From: Octopus vulgaris
Taxonomy: Eukaryota
DNA length: 64,000 nucleotides
Reading direction: 5' to 3'
Assembly: GCA_951406725.2 (NCBI GenBank)
Contig: OX597814.1
Coordinates: 60,078,001 to 60,142,000, forward strand
Shown here piece by piece: positions 28,276 to 41,925 of this stretch. The stretch's first letter is position 1; every line of letters starts with the position of its first letter. The translations under genes were made by a program, and so were the position numbers. The notes below the pieces were generated by a model. It was not told the origin of the DNA, made no database searches, and saw nothing but the letters and a program-made list of their open reading frames with translations.

Positions 28276-29455
28276 TGCACAAATTTTACTTACATTAGTC
28301 TTCTCGTATATGTAATTTTTCAGCAACTCTCCCTTTCTCTTTTCTCACTCTCTCCATCCCCATCATTTTTTCACTCCCTTACCCTTGTCTCTGCCCTCTC
28401 TTTACCACCCTCTCTATTACGGCCATGCCCTTTAAAGAACACAGTATTAGGTATATATAAAACTATTCTTTGAAACTGTGTGGACTGAATTTGTTGTTGA
28501 TAGGCCGAAGGTATATAAGGCCCTTGATTATTACATCAAGTTCCTTAATTTGAATTGCGACTGTTGTGAGCTCTTGTGTTTTGCATAGCTATGCGGCTTA
28601 CAGCAGACGCATCATTCCATCTTAAGCGTTATTTCAAGGTCTTACTGAATTCTGTTACGTGATTGTGTGTGCGCTCACCTGTACGTGTGTGTGTGTGTTT
28701 GTGCGTGCGTGTGTATATGTGAGCATGTGTATGCATATATATGCGTGTATGTGTGCATGTATGTATTTATTATGCGTGTACGTTCGTGTGTGCAGGTGCT
28801 TATAGAAAGAGGAAAAGAGAAAGAAACAAACAAATCTGTATCTGTGCTCATAATTGTGTATTTTTATGTTACTGTGTGGGTCCCTCTGTGTGTGTTGTAT
28901 GCTGTGTGCGTGTGTGAGTGAGAGTGTGCGTGTATGTGTACTGATAAATATATATGTACTTGTACGTAAATCTGTGATCGTACATACATAGTATATGTGT
29001 ATATTTCCGTAACATAGAACATATCTACCCGAATTTAAAAATTGCTTTATCATTACATTAAATTTTCAATTTCACTTTTATATTTCTCTGATAAATTACA
29101 TCATTTATCATTTACTCACTTTTTTTTTAAAAATTTTAGTATATTTTATGCTGCTGTATATCATTTCTAGTAACTTCTTACTAATTTATTAATAAAAATT
29201 TATATCATATTAGTAAAATTTTGATATTACTAAATGTTTTAACTGTGTCTCATCCACACCGCTAGACACACCAAATAATTTCATCTTTGACTTTATGGCC
29301 AAAGTGTCCAGAAAGCCAATACAATTGCCGAAAGGATTTCGCTCTGAAGATCTAATGATTCAATCAAAGGAAGAATAAAGATACTCTGTTGTGAAAAGCA
29401 TTTAGTCTTGTATACAGGTGTATCAATAAATACATATAAATATCTGTGCACAAAT

Positions 29456-29487
<32 letters not shown>

Positions 29488-30163
29488 TTGTGCTCATGTG
29501 TACGTGTGTGTGTGTTTGTGTATGGTCCTAGGAGAACTAATGAGAAATCTTAACGTTGAGAGTTAATAAAATCGGCATCTCAAACTGGTATTACAGCGTA
29601 GAGTCAAAAGTATTTGAGCAGATATTGCAACTGTTCGAGATTCAAAGAGGCGCAGATACCCAACGACGCGTCGAAAATGTAAGGAATCTGAATGAAGTAA
29701 CACACAAGCAACGACCGGTCATCTATTTTCTAAGAAATTATGTGCCACCTAAATCATAGCAGGAGACCCGTGTGAAGGCAGCATTAGAAGCAACACCTTA
29801 GTAATTGCATAGGCAACCGGATAGATATGTGTGTGTATGCATATATGTAAAATTAGGCAAAGTTGTATATCCTATATAACAATATTATTGTTAACTTTCG
29901 CATAGTTACATTAATATTTATTGTTCACGTTATTAACAATATTATTGCTCGTTAATATTACTGTTCATACTGTTAATAATTATTGTTCGGCAATTTTATT
30001 GTTCATGCTGTTAACATAGTTCCATGTACAAATCAACTCCACATCGCTTTATGCAATGACTTTCTTTGCCCAATATCTAATGATTATACTTTATTGAAGA
30101 GCATTTGTGAAACCGTCGTGGGTACAAAATCAACTCACAACCCGTGCTCGTGTCTGTCAATTC

Positions 30164-30454
30164 CAGTGGTTTTTAACCAATTTTATTTATGGATCCCTTT
30201 GATTACTATTCTGTTCTGGTGTCCCCCACTAGCTATTCGATGCTTAAAAAGTAGTTTTCTTGACACTCATTTCAAAATTCCTATTTTGTTATTCACACTT
30301 TAGCTGCCTTTTGCAATAAATACATCTCAATCAAAATTTTGTCATGGACTCTTAATCGGCTCTGCAGATCTTTAACTTACTCTTTTGCTTGTGCTGACCT
30401 ATACAGGTCTTATATAGATCCTTTGGTATCATATGACACTGTTTCAGAACACTG
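30164..30454. mobile_element. hAT (Charlie-like) MITE
   Basis: Termini cagtggtttttaac / gtttcagaacactg resemble CAGTGGTTCTCAAC TIRs; flanks tgtcaattc / tgtcgattc form a near-perfect 8-9 bp TSD. Confidence 0.65.
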
Positions 30455-30977
30455 TGTCGATTCTACACTCTTGAATTAGTCTCAAGGAAAAGGAAAATTT
30501 TACTGGTGTAGGAAATTCAGATACATCTCCAGTAACTCCAGTTTGTGAGCCTTGTGAAGAGCAAACTATATCCCAAATATATCTTCAATGACCAGTAACA
30601 ATTCTTTCGGTACTATTCTGTTCTTAACGCCGTTGCACGTAAAAATTTCAGGTGTAATATTTACCATTTTTTATATTAGATTGGCATTTCATGGGCCCTG
30701 CACCGAAAGCTGCTGTCTGACATTACAAAATATTGACGGAAATTTCCCATGCAATCGCGCCAAAAAGCGAGTGATTCCAAAACAAGTGTAACTGGTGATT
30801 TAAAGATGAGATAAACTCTTTCTTAGTCTTCATTTGGATTTTATATATATCAATCAATCTATCTAAATAAGTGTGTGGGGGTGTGGGAGTGTTTGTGTGT
30901 TTGTGTGCGTGTTTGTGTATGGGTTTGTGTGTGTGAATGTGTGTGTGTGTTTACATATATATTCATATCTATATATA

Positions 30978-31021
<44 letters not shown>

Positions 31022-31799
31022 TATATATATGTAAACACATACATACATATATACATACATGCATTCATACATTAGCATACAAACATATATACTGTATAAA
31101 TACTACCGTTTAGTTCATTTACGAGTTAAGTACTGCATAATGGAGGGATACGGAAAATAAATGGTTAAAAAACATGAATAAAATGAATAGAAGCAAAACC
31201 CAAGAGTATAAACAAAAGTTAAGACGGAGAAACGATTATTCAGTTGTTTGTTCAATGAATGTCTGTGCTAAACATAGTTAAGCAAATCCATCATTTGTCT
31301 TTAACTTTCACATATTTATATTCATAGTGGGTAATATCATTGTTCATGCTGTTAACCTGTAGCCTTTAAGGAGATCCATTCAATGTCGATGATGTAACAC
31401 TGTTTTCAATGAAGTGAATATTTGCCAAAATTTTCTTGTGTTCAGCAACGCCACATTTCTTGTGTATTTTAGTAGAGTCAATGGTTTCGTTGATAATTTC
31501 TATCAAATCATCATCACTCTCTCTCCTCCCTCTCTCACACTCTTTCTTACTTTCTCGCCTCCCTCTCTCACTCTCCTTCTCAATTTCTCCCTCTTACTAT
31601 TTATATACACGTAGCTATCATTCTTTTTCTCCCTTTCCCTCTCTCTTTCAAACGTTCTACTGCAGTTCCCATGTTACTTTTGTATGTTCGAATATATAAT
31701 TTTACATGTTATTCTTCCAAATTATCGATAGAGTTATGTAATTTGATTCCACTATGAGTGTCCGTATAACATAATTGCGCGGATGTGCGCACACACAGG

Positions 31800-32200
31800 T
31801 GCCTGTATGCTTTGCAGCCAAGACGTTTCGGTTTCAGTCCAACTGTGCAGTACTTTGAGCATGGATTTTCTACTATAGACCCACGCCGACCAAAGTCTTG
31901 TCTTTGAATTTGGCAAACGGAAATTGAATGGAACCCGATCATATAAGTACAAGTGTGTGTGTGTGTGTGTGTGTTTCTGTGTACCTGAGTGAGTGCACGC
32001 GTGTCTGCATGTGTGCAAGTCCATGTGTTTGTCCACCAGCGTAGCCAAAGCTTACCCATTCGGTAAAATTCGAAGAATAAAAAACTACCACATTTAAAGA
32101 CTAACACAGGGCTTGACTTGTTCTTCTAAATCCCCCAATATGGTGTCCCCGCATGATTACAGTCCAACGATCGATGCTGGTAAGAAAAGAAAAGGATAAA
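31800..32200 (+). mobile_element. Highly degenerate SINE family A
   Basis: ggtttcagtcca.ctgtgc...ttctactatag...gccgaccaaag.cttgt, (TG)n, degenerate tail. Confidence 0.6.
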
Positions 32201-32284
32201 ATAGAAGGGGTGTGATTCAGTATCCGAAAATACACGTGTACGTGTATGCATTTATTTACGCTTATTTGCAGATGGTTACATATA

Positions 32285-32502
32285 TATTGGTTTCAAATTT
32301 TGGGACAAGGCCAGCAGTCTCAGAGGAGGGGGTAAGTCGAATTACATCGACCCCCATTTTCAGCTGGCAATTGTTTTATCGACTCCGAAAAGATAAACTG
32401 CAATGTCGACCGCGGCGAAATTTGAACTCACAACGTTAAAGATGGATTAAATGCCGCTAAGATTTTGCACGGCGTGGTAACGATTCTGTCAGATCGTCGC
32501 CA
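32285..32502 (-). mobile_element. SINE family D, older variant
   Basis: ttggtttcaaattttggg...gtcgaccgcggcgaaatttgaactca...gattctgtcagatcgtcgcc. Confidence 0.75.
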
Positions 32503-32894
32503 TAATGGTTACATACATTGAAAACAAGTTTGAAAGACCTCTCCTTTTTTTTCTCTATATTTGTATGTATAGATGAGTGTTTACAGTTGTGTCTGTTTGT
32601 CTATGTAAACATAAATCCGTACATATGTTCATTGGCGCTTAAGTCATCAGTACTAAGGCCATACTCGAGAACTGGATTTATGTATAGATATGCCGTACAT
32701 CATTATATGTGTGTATGTGTAACGATTTTGGCGGGGAGCTGGCAATAAAATGATGATGGAAACATGGAAAGTGATATATCTGGGAAGTCGCTTAAGTTAT
32801 CTTAGATTCAACACATACAGATTAGTAGAGAATTAATATTTTATCGAAATCTGAGCTTTTGCACAGATTTATACCAATCGTAGCCTGAGACTGA

Positions 32895-33270
32895 TAGTCT
32901 GTGGTCCAGGGTACAAATAGACTACACTGGACTGGTGTATGGTACTTACTGCTTGATGATTATTGATAGCTTTACAAGTGGCCAGAAGTATGTAGATGCA
33001 GTCAACCAACCTCGAAGGCAACAATAAAGTCCCTGCAAATTCCTTGCTCGATACGGTGTTCTAGACACCATAGTATCGGAAAATGGAACACAATTTACGG
33101 GATACGAGTTCAAAATTTCTGCATAATACATGCAAACATGCACATTTGTTACCCCACCCTACCATCCGAGATCAAATGAGCAAGCAGAACAGTTCGTAAA
33201 CACTTTTAAACGAGCACTAAATAAAGCAAGGAACGAGGTAGGAAATGACGAAGCGCTAACCCAATTCTTA
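32895..33270 (+). mobile_element. Decayed Gypsy LTR-retrotransposon integrase core
   Basis: WSRVQIDYTG..YCLMIIDSF./WPEV, ARYGVLDTIVSENGTQFTG.EF, TPPYHPRSNEQAEQFVNTFKRAL (rve D,D35E region). Confidence 0.88.
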
Positions 33271-33274
33271 TGGA

Positions 33275-33444
33275 AAGAACCCTGGTTCAAAATTTCCCCA
33301 AGACACCTGATGAAGGCTGGAGCGTATATCAGCCGAAACGTTGTGTTAACAATAAACAAGATGAGAACAAATATCCGTCAAGTGTAAGTAATGTTAATAA
33401 TGTAAATATTGTACGTAATTCCTCATCTCTTAAATATAGTACTG
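33275..33444 (+). mobile_element. 5'-truncated hammerhead-tailed SINE-like element
   Basis: Near-identical to 52503-52652 (aaatttccccaagacac...cctcatctcttaaatatagtactg). Confidence 0.85.
33302..33347 (+). ncRNA. Minimal type-I hammerhead ribozyme motif, core intact
   Basis: gacac CTGATGA a ggctg-gagcgtatat-cagcc GAAA cg TT gtgtt; helix I gacac/gtgtt, helix II ggctg/cagcc, palindromic AACGTT in place of helix III. Confidence 0.8.
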
Positions 33445-35759
33445 TATTAAAACTTTATATGTTTAGTAATATAGCCAGGTTGTTTACAAGTTGTGGCCCC
33501 AATAGATACATAATAGTGTTAAATGTACTTTGTATTACCCGAGAAGTCAACGAAACTCTAGATAAATATTTCAAAAACTTTCAATATTTATCAAGGAATT
33601 TATTCATTTTGCCATTTCATCTATATATTTTTTTCTGTAGTAAATGTCAGATGGATTGTCTGTTAAGAGATAATGCGATATTGAAATTGGGTTTAACGTG
33701 TATTCCTTCTTCCATTTTGAATAAGAAAGGGAAAAAATGGTAAAATTAGAATGCCATTCATCAAATCTAGTAAAATACTTTCGCATATTATAAAGAAATA
33801 TATTTTGTTGTATTTCCAGCAGGATTATATTCTTATTTCTCTTCTGTAAGCTAGTCTTCCAATCACATGTTACCGGCCTAAAATAGGAAAGAGACATAAG
33901 ATAATGTAGTCTGTGGTAAATGATTGATAAAAAAAGAGTATGGATGCTTACGATTTAATGTATTTAATTATAAAGCTGCCTCATTAAGAGATGGCTTACG
34001 CCTCAGCAACAACAATATCAATAAATTTCAATATAGACCAGATGAGAGACCAATATTACTGTCAGACGTTCTGTTCAGAATATAATCATTAGTATGAAAA
34101 GGGCTGTCTTTATCTGTCATAGTATCTTCATTTTGCAGCTGTTAGCAGCAATGTAGGTAATATTCTACTAAGTAACGTTAGGATATATAATACCACCAGG
34201 GATAATTAATCATGGAAATGAATTGAAAAGCAAGCGATGCTTTCACATAATATCATACTGTAACGCAGGCTTCAATAAAGAATTTCTTTGATATAACAAT
34301 TTTTATAGTCGTGAGTATGTAGCCATTCATATGTATCAACGGGAAGTTCAACATGGCAATAGATATAATATACGCCAATAACGTATTATGTAACATAGGA
34401 AAAGCTTGGCTCATAACTAGCCGCTTCCTAACACGATTTCTATTCCTGATCTTGCCAATTTTACTACAGCTATTTCGTCAGTGCTCCTGGGAATTTTACA
34501 CACTATTATGTTTTCGCGACCGAAGAATTTTTGAATGATGTACCAAAAAAATTAATGATGCATTACATCTGTGTTAATGCATTATATCGCGGTGTTGTAT
34601 TATTTTAGCATCAAAAGCCTTTTTATTTTATTTAACATGGCACAATAAAATATTAGGCATTTTCCATAAAATTGTTTTCGAGATGATCCAAAAGTATCTA
34701 AATGGTATGTAAATTTGTAAATTTCTCTAAACTGATAAACAGTGTATCAGATCACTTATATCAAATTTTAATGGGATCTATACATCTGAAAATGTAAACT
34801 AGAATGTTTGAAGATGACTAATCTAATTAAGTACTTGCGTATATATTTTAAACGGGTCTAGATTTATACTACATTTTAAAGATATATGACATCATTATCA
34901 AGTTCGATTGTCCATTATCGTTTTCAATGTGAATTGTTCAATAAAAATCATTACCATTATACTATGTAACGATATATATATATATTGCCTTTGATCACTA
35001 ATTGTTATTTCGTATTTGCTTCTGTCTAGATATCAAAGGAAATGACAACTTTTCCTTGAAAACTTTCTTTTGTGACCAGAACGTCACAGTTTTGAAACTG
35101 TATTACGTTCCATCGTATTTCAGACTGATTCAACGCCGAGTTTCTGAAGCAGAAATATCGTTATAGATAATATCCTGCTCAACATCACAGACTTAGTTCT
35201 CAGTTGCTTGATCTTGGCATTTAGTGACTGAAAATATGTATCTCTCTGACCATCAGCAGGAATATCGGGGCCGCATCATAGACATGTGTTGAAAGGGATT
35301 CTTTAGGGTTTAAATAAATATAACAGAAGCAAAGTTTAAATGGAATATTAGCAAGCTTTCATACTTTCTACGATTAAGCAAATAGAAAATAATAGTTTCT
35401 ACCCAAGGACAGACTTCGTGGTACACACTGTTATGTGCGTCTATATCAAGTATTTCCTTGTTTTGTCAGGTTATGTGGGGTGGGGGTATACGGACATATG
35501 GTTCCTATATTTGTGAGTTGAATAAGCAGGCCAAAAGTGTGAAAGTCCCATCGGATGTACAGTTCCTGCGAAACTCCATCACAACTTTATCACAATCAAT
35601 ATCACGCCACTAATTATGAAAGCGGTACAAATGTATATAGACTACTCGACCATAATACTTAGAGTAAGTAGAGAGAATAACTAGAATACTCAATTATCGA
35701 AACATTCGCCATCGTCATTCTTTCGTTTATGAAAAATGTCAACTGTATAACTGGCACTG

Positions 35760-36030
35760 GTGCGTTCCTATCAACGGAACAGCCTGCTCGTGAAACTAAC
35801 GTGCAAGTGGCTGAGCACTCCACAGACACGTGTACCCTTAATATAGTTGTCGAGAAGAATCAGTGACACACATTGTGACAAGTCTGGCGTTTTGAAAAAC
35901 AGGTACGACTCACTTTTTCAAGCAACATGAAATAAAGTATTTTGCTCAAGGATACAACGCATTGCGTCGCCGGAAATTAAACCCACGACCTTATGATCGT
36001 GAGCCGAATACTCTAACCATTAATCCAATC
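35760..36030 (-). mobile_element. SINE with family-C-like head and family-B tail
   Basis: Minus strand: tRNA head, ttgtatccttgagcaaaatactttatttcatgttgc (C-like), then ttaagggtacacgtgtctgtggagtgctcagccacttgcacg (B tail). Confidence 0.7.
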
Positions 36031-37209
36031 CCCTTCATTGTCAACTGTAGAATTTCCATTTTTTGCGTATGTGATGGGACAAATGTGCATATAGGATGTG
36101 TGAGAGTTTGGTTTTGAAATGTGTCCTTTTATTCGATTGTTAGTGTGCATTTTATAGATTAATATACTTTGTGTAGCCTTTGTATCTTTAAACGTTATGC
36201 ATCTGATATGTTGCTTGCGTTGTAGTTCTGTTCGTTTTGTTTTAAGAATTAGTTCACTAGAATAGCCGTTGTAGATTAATACATTTTTATGTTGTATTCT
36301 TTGATTCTAAAGTTTTGGTTTTTGTTTATGATGGAGAATCTAAATCCTCTCCTCAAAAGATATTCTCTCGCTAACGTTTTGAACCTATGTTGACACTCTC
36401 TATCACCATATAAGTATAGGCATTCTCCTCAACAATCAAAGCACTAGATAACAAAATATTCTTGCAAGATATACAATAGGGGAGACCAAATGCATGCAAT
36501 AAATATATCAGACACAAAGCCTATGAAATACGCACAAATTTCACATAAGATATATTAGATGACCACAATGCATACCGAAACCAGAATTTATGAATATGTT
36601 ATCACAAATCTCAAAACATAACACAAACTGCATAGCGTCATAAAACTTATTAGTAACAAGCTACAGGCATGTAAGCATGCGAACAAGCAGCTATTAATTA
36701 CGAATGTATGTTAGGAATCTGAAATCAAATCTGAATGTAGTAAACAGCAACAACTGTACTGACCTTACAAGTGCAAACCCCTGTCATCGATTCACAATGC
36801 ACAATGCAAGAGGTGCAATTTCAATGCAATTAAGCGCAAAGCAAATAAAACTAAATTGGTATACAATAGTGGACCTTACATCTATGCACGAAAGAACTCT
36901 TCCAAAGGGTAAACGATTGACAAGGACATAAATGCATGTAGCACAGTAGTGTGCAAAAATACATATATAAAGAATATAGCTAACCCCCCACCCCATTGGG
37001 GATGAATAAATCAGTCCACTTTTCAAATCCCGAATATTTTACCCGAGATATCGGGAGTAATTAAATAAGGTAACATTTCCATCTCTTTGTTATTGTTATT
37101 ATCAACACGATTCTCTACGCACATATAGGCGAATGTGTGTATGTGGTGGGGGGGCATGAATATGTGCTCGATATGACTCACGACTATAAGATACCCGGTT
37201 TGGTTTTTC

Positions 37210-37870
37210 TTAACCCTTTCGTTACTATATTTCTGACCAAAATACACCCCTTATGTGTTTCAATTATTTTCTAACGTAATCATAAATTTAGTCTGGTTTC
37301 ATTAAACAACAATAACTTTTTTATTTATCAATATATTAATGTGATTTTTGGAAGATAATTTAATGAAATGTCCTCAACCAATTCTATACTATAATTTTTG
37401 TCACAAAGTGACTGTAATTGCAGGTAGATACAGGTAAATTCAACAATATATAAAATTATAAAAATTTTGTTCAAACATCGCTATAGAAAATGGGTTATTA
37501 GCTAATATTCAATTGGGTATACAACAAAATTTTTCGATATAATTTGTTATTCTGGGTAACTTTCTGATACCCATAATAATATTTATGGCAAAATAGGCCT
37601 TAATTTCATTTAAGGTTGTGGGAAATAACAAACTATCCTTTCTTTCGTTTTGTTTACGTTTATCGTAACGGTTCGTTTCTGCCGTAATGATTTCAAATAG
37701 GCTCATTCGAAAAAGTAAATAGAAATAGTTTAAGGCTTTACTCTTCTGGGAAAGTCTGTGGCTTGGTCCAGTTTCTTCAGAAAAATCACCGAAAGAAACA
37801 GTTTTTAAATTTTCACTCCATTCAGGTACCAATTCGTTTTCTTTATCGCTGTCGGATTCACTGTTTTCAC
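37210..37870 (-). mobile_element. Non-autonomous piggyBac derivative with a transposase N-terminal fragment
   Basis: TTAA|CCCTTTCG terminus at 37210; ORF 37509-37832 YFYLLF..SLFEIITAETNRY...PTTLNEIKAYFAINIIMGIRKLP matches the PGBD-type DDE_Tnp_1_7 N-terminus. Confidence 0.85.
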
Positions 37871-38183
37871 TTTATAGCTGCAAACTTGCAAAGACAAAGG
37901 AGGAGAAGGGTGATAGCGTCAGTGAAACAGTTCGTTCCCTTTGTGTGTGTGTGCGTTTGCGTGTGGTGTAAACCACATTAAGAAGAGCATTTGACATACA
38001 CACCAGAATGTGAGTTTTCTGTAAATTTTGCTTAATTGGAGTTTAAATTTTAAAAACTGGACCTGGCATGACCCGATGCATTCTACTCTTAAAAATGCTA
38101 GGTAAATTGTAATTGAAGAAATCCTATATTGTAGATTTCTATAATTTACAAAGGGAGGCAGATAAAATCTGCCTTTTATAATA

Positions 38184-38246
<63 letters not shown>

Positions 38247-38248
<2 letters not shown>

Positions 38249-38316
38249 CAGATAACCGAAGAGATGGTGTTGTGGATTTCCACCTCGGCATCCGAAACTC
38301 AGAGTTTTATCTTGGC
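38247..38316 (+). ncRNA. Type-I hammerhead ribozyme motif in a ~170-bp element between (TA)n tracts (38246-38416)
   Basis: gccagataa CCGAAGA gatg...catc c GAAA ctc-a-gag TT ttatcttggc; all three helices pair, one core change (U4>C). Confidence 0.72.
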
Positions 38317-38659
38317 TATTGAATAATTGTCACATATTATTTTACAAATAAATTTCCTCTATTTATATAATATTGAGGTCTCTTTCTTTCTTTGTTATCT
38401 TAACGTTTTTACCAATATATATATATATATATATAGGTATGCACATATATATGTGTATATGTATGTATGTATATGTGTATGTATGTATGAGGATAACCAA
38501 TACTTTAACAGATGAAAAACACAATTTTCATATTTCTTATTAGACTTAATCTATAAGAAATTTTTTTAAATGGCCCAGGTTTATCTTTGAAAAAGGGAAA
38601 TTTAGCCTAAAACTCCAATGGAATTTTGAAATCCTATTCTGAGTACAAAGATAATTTAA

Positions 38660-39240
38660 CGGGAAATTTCAAACAGATCCTTCCGCGACTTGCCGTCACT
38701 TGAGATGCTGATGGATCTATTTTCAATATTCACAAGAATCATTATCGTAGACCAAACAAAGACAGAACGGGTACTAAAAACGTATTTGCCTGAGTTCAAG
38801 AAAATCCACGCATCACGTGAGTCAAAAGACAGGAATTACATAAATCTCCATCACGTTTTGAAGTGTTGTCATTGAATAGTATTTGCACCGAATCAAGATG
38901 ATCAGAACCGAAGAGTGGAATCTTTGCGTGTGGTTCTTGGCAAGATGTGCAGAAGCGGCATACTTTCTATCGTAGAATGTTTGCGGTATTGATACTACAT
39001 TCAAATTAAATGCCTCAATTAACGGTCACAATTACACTTATTTGGAACCTGAGAATCCTCATGTTACGGAGGAACATAATGATAATTTACCAGTTGTCAC
39101 AGCATGATGCATCTTATTTTCAAAAAGATTAATTAAACGTTCGTTTTTGACGGTACTGTGAATGGTCCCAATTACTTGGACTTATTGCCATACTCTGCCG
39201 TGCCAAATGTGGACCCTTATATCCAGCGAGACGGATCGAA
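38660..39240 (+). mobile_element. Decayed Tc1/mariner-superfamily transposase fragment
   Basis: [34 protein letters not shown] and DGTVNGPNYLDLL resemble the F.LNG.VN.HN..YW..ENPH and FFDGTVNG..YL.ML motifs. Confidence 0.75.
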
Positions 39241-39673
39241 CTCACACAACTGAAATAACCTAAGGACCTACTTTGATGAGACTTGGCTAAAAAGTGAAGC
39301 ACACTCCGCGTTCATCACACCTCGTACGTCAAGATAATTTTATGGGGTATGTACAAGCAATGAAATTTGAAATATGTATCTGGTAACAATAAGCGAATTA
39401 AGAGTAGCCATAGAACAGGAATACGCACGATCATCGAATACATGCTACTTGCGATTCGTGCATTTGTCTTACATTATCATCAGTGCCTGAACCAGAAGAG
39501 TTGCCAGTGTGAAACAGGCTTACATGTGAAAATTAAATGCTACTCTTAGATTCTATTAAATTCTCTGGACGTGGCATTTATCTATGTATCTATCAATATC
39601 TCTAGTTAACCTACTAACTATATATATATATATATATATGTGTGGAGAGAGAGAGAGAGAGAGAGAGAGATAC

Positions 39674-39735
<62 letters not shown>

Positions 39736-39737
39736 TT

Positions 39738-39777
<40 letters not shown>

Positions 39778-39781
39778 ATGT

Positions 39782-40200
39782 ATCGGGTCGTCGGCGACTA
39801 AACCGGCAACCCCACCAAGCTTACTTAGTGAGGAGGGTATTTATCGGACACTCTGTGGGATGAAATACAAAACCAGTCAAAGGGCGGAGGAACTCTTGAG
39901 AGTCAACGGCCATCCAATAAATGTCTTAAGGCTTTATTATGCGCGGGGACATAGAAATAATCGGACTGAATACCCGATCGCGCGGTTAAACCAATGGGAG
40001 TGAAGGACTCCTAGCCTTTGTTAAGGCATCCTTCTAGGAGAAGGTAACTTAGGTAACTGGGATAACTCCGACATAAAACCTGCAGCTCAGTGGTTACCGA
40101 TGATGTTGACTTGTTCTTCTTTTCGGATTATGGCTGCTGTTGCTTAGTGAGTGGGATTGACACAGTGCACAGCCTGTCCTCACTTTAAAAAAATCTTCTT
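39782..40200 (+). mobile_element. GC-richer interspersed repeat, possibly RTE 5'UTR-derived
   Basis: Sharp compositional boundary after a microsatellite; motif ctaggagaaggtaact...aaacc recalls RTE 5'UTRs (from memory, not verified). Confidence 0.4.
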
Positions 40201-40282
40201 CCACAGGCATTGCACGATAACAACATTGATTAAGCTGTGTGCAATGGCCATACTCGATAACGAGGGGGCAGCCACCATGTAT

Positions 40283-40560
40283 ACAGGGAGCGGTGAATAA
40301 ACTGTCGTGTAAAGTGCGCAGAAGTGAAACTGACATCTCATTTAACAGATATATTTACCAAAATTGCGTAAAAGTAAATTTATTCAATAGAAACGCCAAT
40401 GGTTCAACCATGGTCTCCAAACAACTTCGGAATCTCCTGCAACACTTCTGGACGGTCTCCTTGCTTTAGTTGGTGAATGCTGCCATAATCCTTGCCTTCA
40501 ATGTTAAATTTGTAACATACTAATAAATGTCTGTAAATATAAAACCATCCAGATTTCTGA
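40283..40560 (-). mobile_element. Tc1/mariner-type element 3' end
   Basis: Minus strand KARIMAAFTN*SKETVQKCCRRFRSCLETMVE (transposase C-terminus); TA|CAGGG terminus at 40281-40287. Confidence 0.7.
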
Positions 40561-40580
40561 GTACCTCATTTCTTCTAATA

Positions 40581-40660
<80 letters not shown>

Positions 40661-41539
40661 AATATATATAAATTAGGACAATAGAACAGGAAATATCACA
40701 TGAAAATAAACGACAGGGAGGTGGATGCTTAATTAGACCAATTTACACACGATTCTGGATTTACACCATTATGTGATACTCTGCTAGAAACATAAACTAC
40801 CGAATAAACTATACCTTACGATGCTTCTCGTGAACGTTGAAGACTTCGTGAGGCGGCTGAGATTGAAGGCCTTACTTTTTGATACTTCATTATCCCCCAC
40901 TGCTTCTTAACGTTATGATTTAAAGACAGATGAATACTCTCGCACGATAAAAGATTTCGCCGTTTTTGAAGTAGGCCTCCTAGATTTAGTAACCAATAAG
41001 TAATCTGAAATTACACATTTCAGAAGCACTTAAAAGAAATTTGTAGTTTTTTAAAAGACCAACAACTTATATGAAGTCACTTATGGTTTATATGATAAGT
41101 TGCTGAATGTCAACATTTCTGCTAAATATAAGAAAGCTAACATAGATAACTGAAATAATTCTAACGTTGAGGTTAAATTCCTCCCTAAACGTGGCAAAAT
41201 TGAAGAGATTAGAATGCTTAGTAAAGAGAGAAGCTTTCATTATTATGAAAGATCACAGAGTTAATTTCAGTACGATCGTTCAGTGTAAATGCAATCCGAA
41301 AAAATAACCCCAGCTTTCTGTGCCAAAACAGACACGTGTTTAGTTTTACCGATTACATTAGGTATAAAATTTCAAATGTCTTAGTTCCGGCGCGCTAAGA
41401 AATTCCTGAAGCGAAGAACTGCAGTAAATAATTTAGAATTTTCTCTGATTTCTCAGATTTTTTGTATGCTAGACTACTGGTTTTAAATTGATATTAAAAT
41501 CAATATTAATTTATCTCCCTCATTATTTAAATATATATG

Positions 41540-41654
<115 letters not shown>

Positions 41655-41660
41655 TGCATG

Positions 41661-41757
<97 letters not shown>

Positions 41758-41777
41758 TTGCGTCTGTGTTAGTCTTT

Positions 41778-41925
41778 GTGAAGGCACATGTGTTAGTACT
41801 TAAGCGTAAGATTGTGATTTAGATTCCTGGACTGAGCGATGGATTGTGTTCCTGTACAAAGTATTTCATTTCACATTGCTCCACTACATTGAGCTGGCAA
41901 AAATGAGTAATCTTGCGAGGATAAC
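41778..41925 (+). mobile_element. Degenerate SINE family C head
   Basis: ttcatttcacattgctcca....gagctggcaaaaatgagtaatc shared with the 47300 copy. Confidence 0.65.
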
